A stretch of DNA of 64,000 nt from Octopus vulgaris. Lineage: Eukaryota. The stretch is from assembly GCA_951406725.2 (NCBI GenBank), contig OX597815.1, positions 178,560,001 through 178,624,000 on the forward strand. Reading direction: 5' to 3'. Below the pieces are notes generated by a model. It searched no databases and had not been told where the DNA came from. It was given only the letters and a program-made list of their open reading frames with translations. Positions 58,071 through 64,000 of the stretch are shown here, one piece after another. The position numbers and the translations under genes are program-made. Within the stretch, counting starts at the first letter, position 1, and every line of letters begins with the position of its first letter.

Positions 58071-58982
58071 ACAGAATGTACGAGTATTGCCTGAGATGGT
58101 CCAAACAAGCACACACACCGTTTGTCAAGTGGTGAGAGAGGGATGAGGAGAGTTAACGAAACTCATTACAAATGAAACCAATTACTGTCTAATGATCGGT
58201 CAGTTCTTCACTTAGACATCTTTTACTTTTTTTCAGTCACTGGACAGTGGCCATGCTGGGGCACAGCCTTGAAAGACTTAACTGAATGAAAACAAGCCCA
58301 GTACTTAGTTTTCTAAAGAGTGGTACTTAAGTCTTTTTTTACCAAACCACTAAGCTATGAGGATGTAAACACACCAACACTGGTTGTCAAGTGGTGACAG
58401 GACACACACACACACACACACGTTACCGAACATATATAATGAGCTTTGCTTGTTCACCAGAAGGCTGCGGTTTGAGGCTATGGAGATGACTCTCTCAAAG
58501 TGCCGAGTGTTAAAGCACCTAAAAGTCACAGATAGGTGAGACAACTCACTCAGAGTTCCATTCAGGAGTGATGGACATCAATGTTTCACCATTTTTGTGG
58601 CTTATCAACATCACCCATGCTCCGTCCAACCTATGCTAGCATGGAAAGCGGACGTTAAACGAAGATGATGATGATGATGGTGGCACGTAAAAAGCACCAT
58701 CCGAATCGTGGCCGATGCCAGTGCCGCCTCGATTGGCTTCCATGCCGGTGACACGTAAAATGCACCAAACCAACCGTGGCCGTTGCCAGCCTTGCCTGGC
58801 ACCTGTGCAGGTGGCACGTAAAAAGCACCCACTACACTCACGGAGTGGTTGGCGTTAGGAAGGGCATCCAGCAGTAGAAACATTGCCAGATAAGACTGGA
58901 GCCTGGTGCAGCCTTCTGGCTTCTCAGATCCCCGGTCGAACCGTGCTAGCATGGAGAACGGACGTTAAACGATGATGATGAT

Positions 58983-59027
<45 letters not shown>

Positions 59028-59369
59028 TCATCATCATCGTTTAATGTCTATTTTCCATGCTGACATGGGCTGGATGGTTTGACTGAGGTCTGGAGAGCTA
59101 GTGGCTGCACCAGGCTCCAATTTGATCTGGCTATGTTTCTACAGCTGGATGCCTTTCCTAACGCCAACCATTTCAGAAGTGTAGTGGGTGCTTTTACATG
59201 TCACTGGCACAGGCATCGGCCATGTTCAGATAGTGCTTTTTAGGTGCCACCAGCATAGGAGCCTATATATATAATAACAAAGGGTAAAATTAATTAATTA
59301 AGAAGTAATCAGTAATTTCACCAAGTAGAATTCGGCATGAAAAAGACCATTTCATGGTAAGCTTAAGTA

Positions 59370-59625
59370 ATACTTTATAATTAGGGTTCAGCAGAGATTT
59401 GCTTCACCACATACCGAAGTTTAGAAATAGCAGTCAAAAAATCTTAGCTATTCCTTCTACTTTAAAAGGGGCTCCCAGAAAAACCAAAGTACTTGAAAAC
59501 AATGGATGTGGTTTTTCTGGGAGCCCCTTTTAAAGTAGAAGGAATAGCTAAGATTTTTTGACTGCTATTTCTAAACTTTGGTATGTAGTGAAGCAAATCT
59601 CTGCTAAACCCTAATCATAAAGTAT
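59370..59625. repeat. Inverted repeat (117-bp arms, 22-nt loop)
   Basis: 59370-59486 pairs with 59509-59625 with 4 transition mismatches. Confidence 0.95.
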
Positions 59626-60855
59626 ATATATATATATATATATATGATGGGCTGGGCTTCTATCAGTTTCCATCAACCACATCCACTCAGATGGCTTTAG
59701 TTGTCCCAATGCTATAACGGAAGACACTTGCCCAAGGTGCCATGCAGTGGGACTGAACTCAGAGTTGTGTAGGTGGGGAAGCAAGCATCTTACACAGTCA
59801 CATCTTTAGTCTCATAACTTAATACATAACACTCAAGAACACTTGTGTGCATTTAAAGATTAGGTTATCTAAATGCTAAAATAACTTGATTGGGTCTTGG
59901 AGCATTACAATCAACTGAATCTAGAATGTCTCTCTCTGATGACAATCTGAAACTAATTGGTATTAAGAATCAGTACCAAGCTGAGACTGTACAATGAAGC
60001 TCTGATTACTATTCAACACAGACAGGAATAAGTAAATAGGTGCATACATAATCAATAAATGGCCAGAACGATTCCAACAAAATACAAAACTAATCAAGAA
60101 TTTCCATTGCATCGTTTCCATGTATTCCAATCCTACGGATTTTCACAGGAGAGGGTAAACATCTTTATCAATTATGTCCGCTTTCAAATGCTTTAGAATT
60201 GTTTAAAGCAGTTTTAGGATTTAACAACACAATTCCCAACAGAAAGATGAACATCGAAAAGAAACTAAATTAACTCCAAGTAAATTAGATGGTTATTCCT
60301 CATCATTTAACATCTATTTTCTATGCTGGCATGGGTTGGACGGTTTGAGAGGAGGTGGCCATCTAGAGGGCGACACCAGGCTCCAATTGTCAGTTTTTGC
60401 ATAGTCTCTAAGCTCGGATGCCCTTCCTAACACTCACCACTTTACAGAGGCCCCAGCATAGGTGCTCGTTATGTGGCACCACCACAGGTGCTCTTTAAAT
60501 GGCACTTCCACAAGCACTTTAATTGCAGCACCACCACAGGTGATTTTTACAAGGGTTTCTAATCAACAGACATTAATGTCAGCTCAGTTGTCTCCTTTTG
60601 TCACATTTGGTCAAAATCTTTTCATCTCAAAAGTGTATCTTCCAAAACACTTGCCCTGCTCACATTTTCTCTCCAATCACCAACTTGCAGGTGTTCAAAG
60701 GACACTAGAAATTCCAACCTTTCAATCTACCGTCAGCCCAATACTAAGAGAGTCCAAAAGGATTTTGAATCATCATTCTCTCCAAACCAACAAGAAAATT
60801 TTTTTTTAAATACAATAAAAGGCAAAACAGTGATTAATGCATCAAAATACCTTAC

Positions 60856-61012
60856 CTGGATCGTTCATTTTGACAAGAGAATCATCATCGTCTGTTACAT
60901 AGCGTTTGTCTATGCCTTCTTTAATTTGATTATTTATACCTTTTGGATCCAGATCCATTGCCCAAGAAAAATTAGACAGAGCTAAATGGGTATTTCCAAG
61001 TTTTTTATGTAC
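60856..61012 (-). CDS. CDC27: CDC27/APC3 (anaphase-promoting complex subunit 3), penultimate coding exon
   Basis: Translates VHKKLGNTHLALSNFSWAMDLDPKGINNQIKEGIDKRYVTDDDDSLVKMNDP, which closely matches the last TPR and downstream segment of CDC27 as I recall it (human ...KKLGQTHLALMNFSWAMDLDPKGANNQIKEAIDKRY...). Acceptor tttgcag|GTA at 61013/61012; donor CCAG|gtaagg at 60856/60855 (phase 1). Confidence 0.95.
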
Positions 61013-61028
61013 CTGCAAATGCAACAGA

Positions 61029-61542
61029 AAATTTCATATTTTAATCCAGATTATCACTCGACAAATTTCATATTTTAATCCAGATTATCACTTGACAAAT
61101 TTTACATTTTAATCCAGATTATCACGACAAATTTCCTAATTTAATCCAGATTATCACTTGACAAATTTCATATTTTAATCCAGATTATCACTCAACAAAT
61201 TTCATATTCTAATCCAAATTATCACTCGACAAATTTCATATTCTAATCCAGATTATCACTAGACAAATTTCATATTTTAATCCAGATTATCACTCGACAA
61301 ATTTCGTATTTTAATCCAGATTATCACTCAACAAATTTCCTATTTTAATCCAGATTATCACTTGACAAATTTCATATTTTAATCCAGATTATCACTCGAC
61401 AAATTTCATATTTTAATCCAGATTATCACTTGACAAATTTCATATTTTAATCCAGATTATCACTCGACAAATTTCATATTTTAATCCAGATTATTACTCA
61501 ACAAATTTTACATTTTAATCCAGATTATCACTCGACAAATTT
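61029..61542 (+). repeat. 34-bp minisatellite x~15
   Basis: AAATTTCATATTTTAATCCAGATTATCACTCGAC units. Confidence 0.95.
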
Positions 61543-62079
61543 TATTTTCATTTCAAATTGTTGCCAAAGTTTATTTCTGTTATGACATTAAAATTAAGGA
61601 CTTGAATTACAACTTAAGCGTGCAGGAGACGATGATCAGCCCAATAGGGGACCTGTAGTTGGGGAGGAGACCATGCTCTCAAAGAAATTGATGGCACCAT
61701 GACAGAAGGCCCTCCAAAAACATTACAAAGTGGTTGACATTAGAAAGGGGATCCACCTGTAGCAACTATACCAAAAACAGAACATACAAGCAAGGTCCAA
61801 TGCTTGACCAGTCTAGGAGAACAGCAATGCCACATACAAACTGACCCGACCATAATGACCTGTCTAATTCTAAGAAACATAGAAAGCAGATTTAATACGA
61901 TGCTGATAATGATGTCCATAAAGTGATAGTATGTTGCCAATGTGACAGTCCCATGAAAGGGAAGAATGCTACTGTTATTTAACCCTAGGAAACACCGTTT
62001 CCTGTTGGACTTGACACATTTCCTGTGTCCTTATGTTTACAAAGTGGGAGATAAGCACCTCCACCCAGCAAAGCCAGCA

Positions 62080-62122
62080 TCCAGAAACTAGTTTCAGAGT
62101 CAGTGCTCATCATCAGTCTGGA
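62080..62122 (-). ncRNA. Minimal type-I hammerhead ribozyme motif
   Basis: Minus strand: UCCAGA CUGAUGA uGAGcacugaCUCu GAA ACUAGU U UCUGGA. 6-bp helix I, intact core, GAG/CUC helix II, palindromic helix III (ACUAGU), GUU cleavage triplet. Confidence 0.75.
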
Positions 62123-62819
62123 GTAGCATGGCATGCTAGCTGTTGATGCTCATTCACCTTATCGTGATGCTACTGTATAAATCTCTCTGAGAGATTTAGA
62201 ATTATATTATTTCTATTTTCAAAATCAGTGAATTTATTTCACTTGAAATAGATACGTTTTCAAACGCAGATAGACATCGACAGCTAGTTCCTTCAAATGT
62301 TTAAAAAGCTCTGCAGTTGATGGCTTCTTACCACAATCACTTAATTAGTAGTAGAAGTGGCAGTTGCAGTTGTCAGATTAAATTAGTCATAATCATCATC
62401 ATCAATGCCAGTTTTCTATGTTGGTATGCATGGAATGGATAACTGCACTATGCACCAATTGTCTATTTTGGCCTGGTTTCTACAGCTGGATGCCTTTCCT
62501 AAAAAGCAGCCACTTTACAGAGTGTAACTGGGTGCTTTTTTAAGTGGCACCAGCACCTGCAGGGGTGCCAAGCATCTTGCAACAAAAGGACCTCTCAGTT
62601 GAGAGAGGAACTGAAACAAGTGGCCATGTGCCAGGCGAGAGGTAGGGGTATGACAGTGGGACATGGTTAGCTGTCTGACGACAAGAAATACTTGGCTACC
62701 CCAGTAGGACAAGGAAGAACAGGCAAGAGAGTTAGAGAGAAAGATAGAGAAAGAGTCAGAGTGAAGGAGAGAGAGAGAGTGAGAAGTATTCGTGAAGCTA
62801 CCTTTTCTGGCAACAAAGT

Positions 62820-63180
62820 GATTCAGTCAGAGTGAAGTGCAGTTTGTATGATGCCTACATATAAAGTGCTATGTTGCATGGTAGCAAGATGTGGGTCTTG
62901 CAATGAGGAAGATTTGTGAAGGCAACACAGAAATGAGATGAGCATGCTCAACTGAACGAGAGTTATGGAGGATTGAACGCAAACAAGCTGAAAGGACAAC
63001 TGGATATTGGAGGAATTCAATAGAGAAAGCAAAAGACTACACTGCCAGAGAGAGGATGACAGCAAGATAAAATGCTAAGTGGACAGAAACTATCAAGAAA
63101 GAGAGGTCAATGAAGTATGGGACAAAATGGTGAAAGACTGATCACAAAAGACTGAAATGTTACAGAGATAACCCAGGGTT
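62820..63180 (+). mobile_element. Degraded RTE LINE fragment
   Basis: LYDAYI-SAMLHGSKMW, homologous to 54990-55045, with stops. Confidence 0.6.
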
Positions 63181-64000
63181 ACAACTTGTAGCAAAGCCTT
63201 ATGCTAGACAGGACAGCCAAATCTACACAAAGAAAGAAAGAAACAAGTGTAAAAATGATGGATGCAGTCGTGTTGGTGGAGACTGGGATGCCTGACAAAC
63301 AACAACTGACCATTATATTAAGTCTGTATATTATTCTTCTGTTACTCTGTGTTGAATCCCTCACCATTATTCCTTCCTCATCCACCCCCAGCAACATTTC
63401 CCATTACTCTCTCCCCCGATCACTCATTACTGACATTAGTCCTCCTCTCTTACCAGTATCTGTCTTCATCACTCTCTCCTCTATCACTGCTCACGTCCAT
63501 CATTCTCTCTACTCCTCTTGCAATTTCACTCATCCAGGTAGCACATAAAAAGCACTATTTGGGTGTGGCCGTTGCCAGTACCACCAAACTGGCCCTCGTG
63601 CTGATGGCATGTAAAAGCACCCACTACACTCTCGGAGTGGTTGGTGTTAGGAAGGGCATCCAGCTGTAGAAACTTTGCTAGATCAGACTGAGCCTGATGC
63701 TGCCTCCTGGCTCACCAGTCCTCAGTCAAACCGTCCAACCCATACCAGCATAGAAAGCGGACGTTAAACGATGATGATGCTGATGATGACTATTCTCTCT
63801 CTCTCTCTCTCTCTCACCACATCTCACTGCCCAAGATGTTTACAAACTAAAGCCATCATGTCGATCACTCAGTAATTTCACTCCCATCACTATTACAAGA
63901 GGTAGATATTGGTTCACGATCAAAAATTGTCTTATTCCCAGCAGTCCAAGATAGACATGGCATGGTTCCAACAGGACAGAGCAACAGCTCACATAGCAAG

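Noticed and set aside
59931-59970. CTGATGA-caatct-GAAACTAATTGGTA hammerhead-like string
   Set aside because: Helix II and helix I do not pair; degenerate or chance.
61029-61542. CRISPR-like 34-bp periodicity
   Set aside because: Units are contiguous with no unique spacers, there are no cas genes, and the context is a eukaryotic intron.

Overview
AT-rich, repeat-dense animal DNA. The SINE families and very long (TA)n/(TG)n tracts point to a cephalopod (Octopus-like) genome; this is inferred from repeat content. There are two 100-N scaffold gaps (44419-44518, 49525-49624). Almost all ORFs in the supplied track are microsatellite or repeat artefacts. Protein-coding signal: (1) the last two coding exons of CDC27/APC3 on the minus strand (61012-60856, 54275-54145), spliced in frame; (2) a multi-exon rhodopsin-class, prostanoid-receptor-like GPCR on the plus strand (~17.7-28.3 kb, possibly to 34.2 kb) that the ORF track does not reveal, with TM1-TM7 in order but most exons broken by 1-nt indels (pseudogene or uncorrected assembly errors). 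Non-coding highlights: several minimal type-I hammerhead ribozyme motifs with palindromic helix III (one sense-oriented in a presumed CDC27 intron, one pair inside a near-perfect hairpin), two damaged tRNA-Gly copies, long inverted repeats, MITEs, LINE and DNA-transposon fragments, and minisatellites. Repeat families and CpG decay also differ sharply left and right of the second gap.
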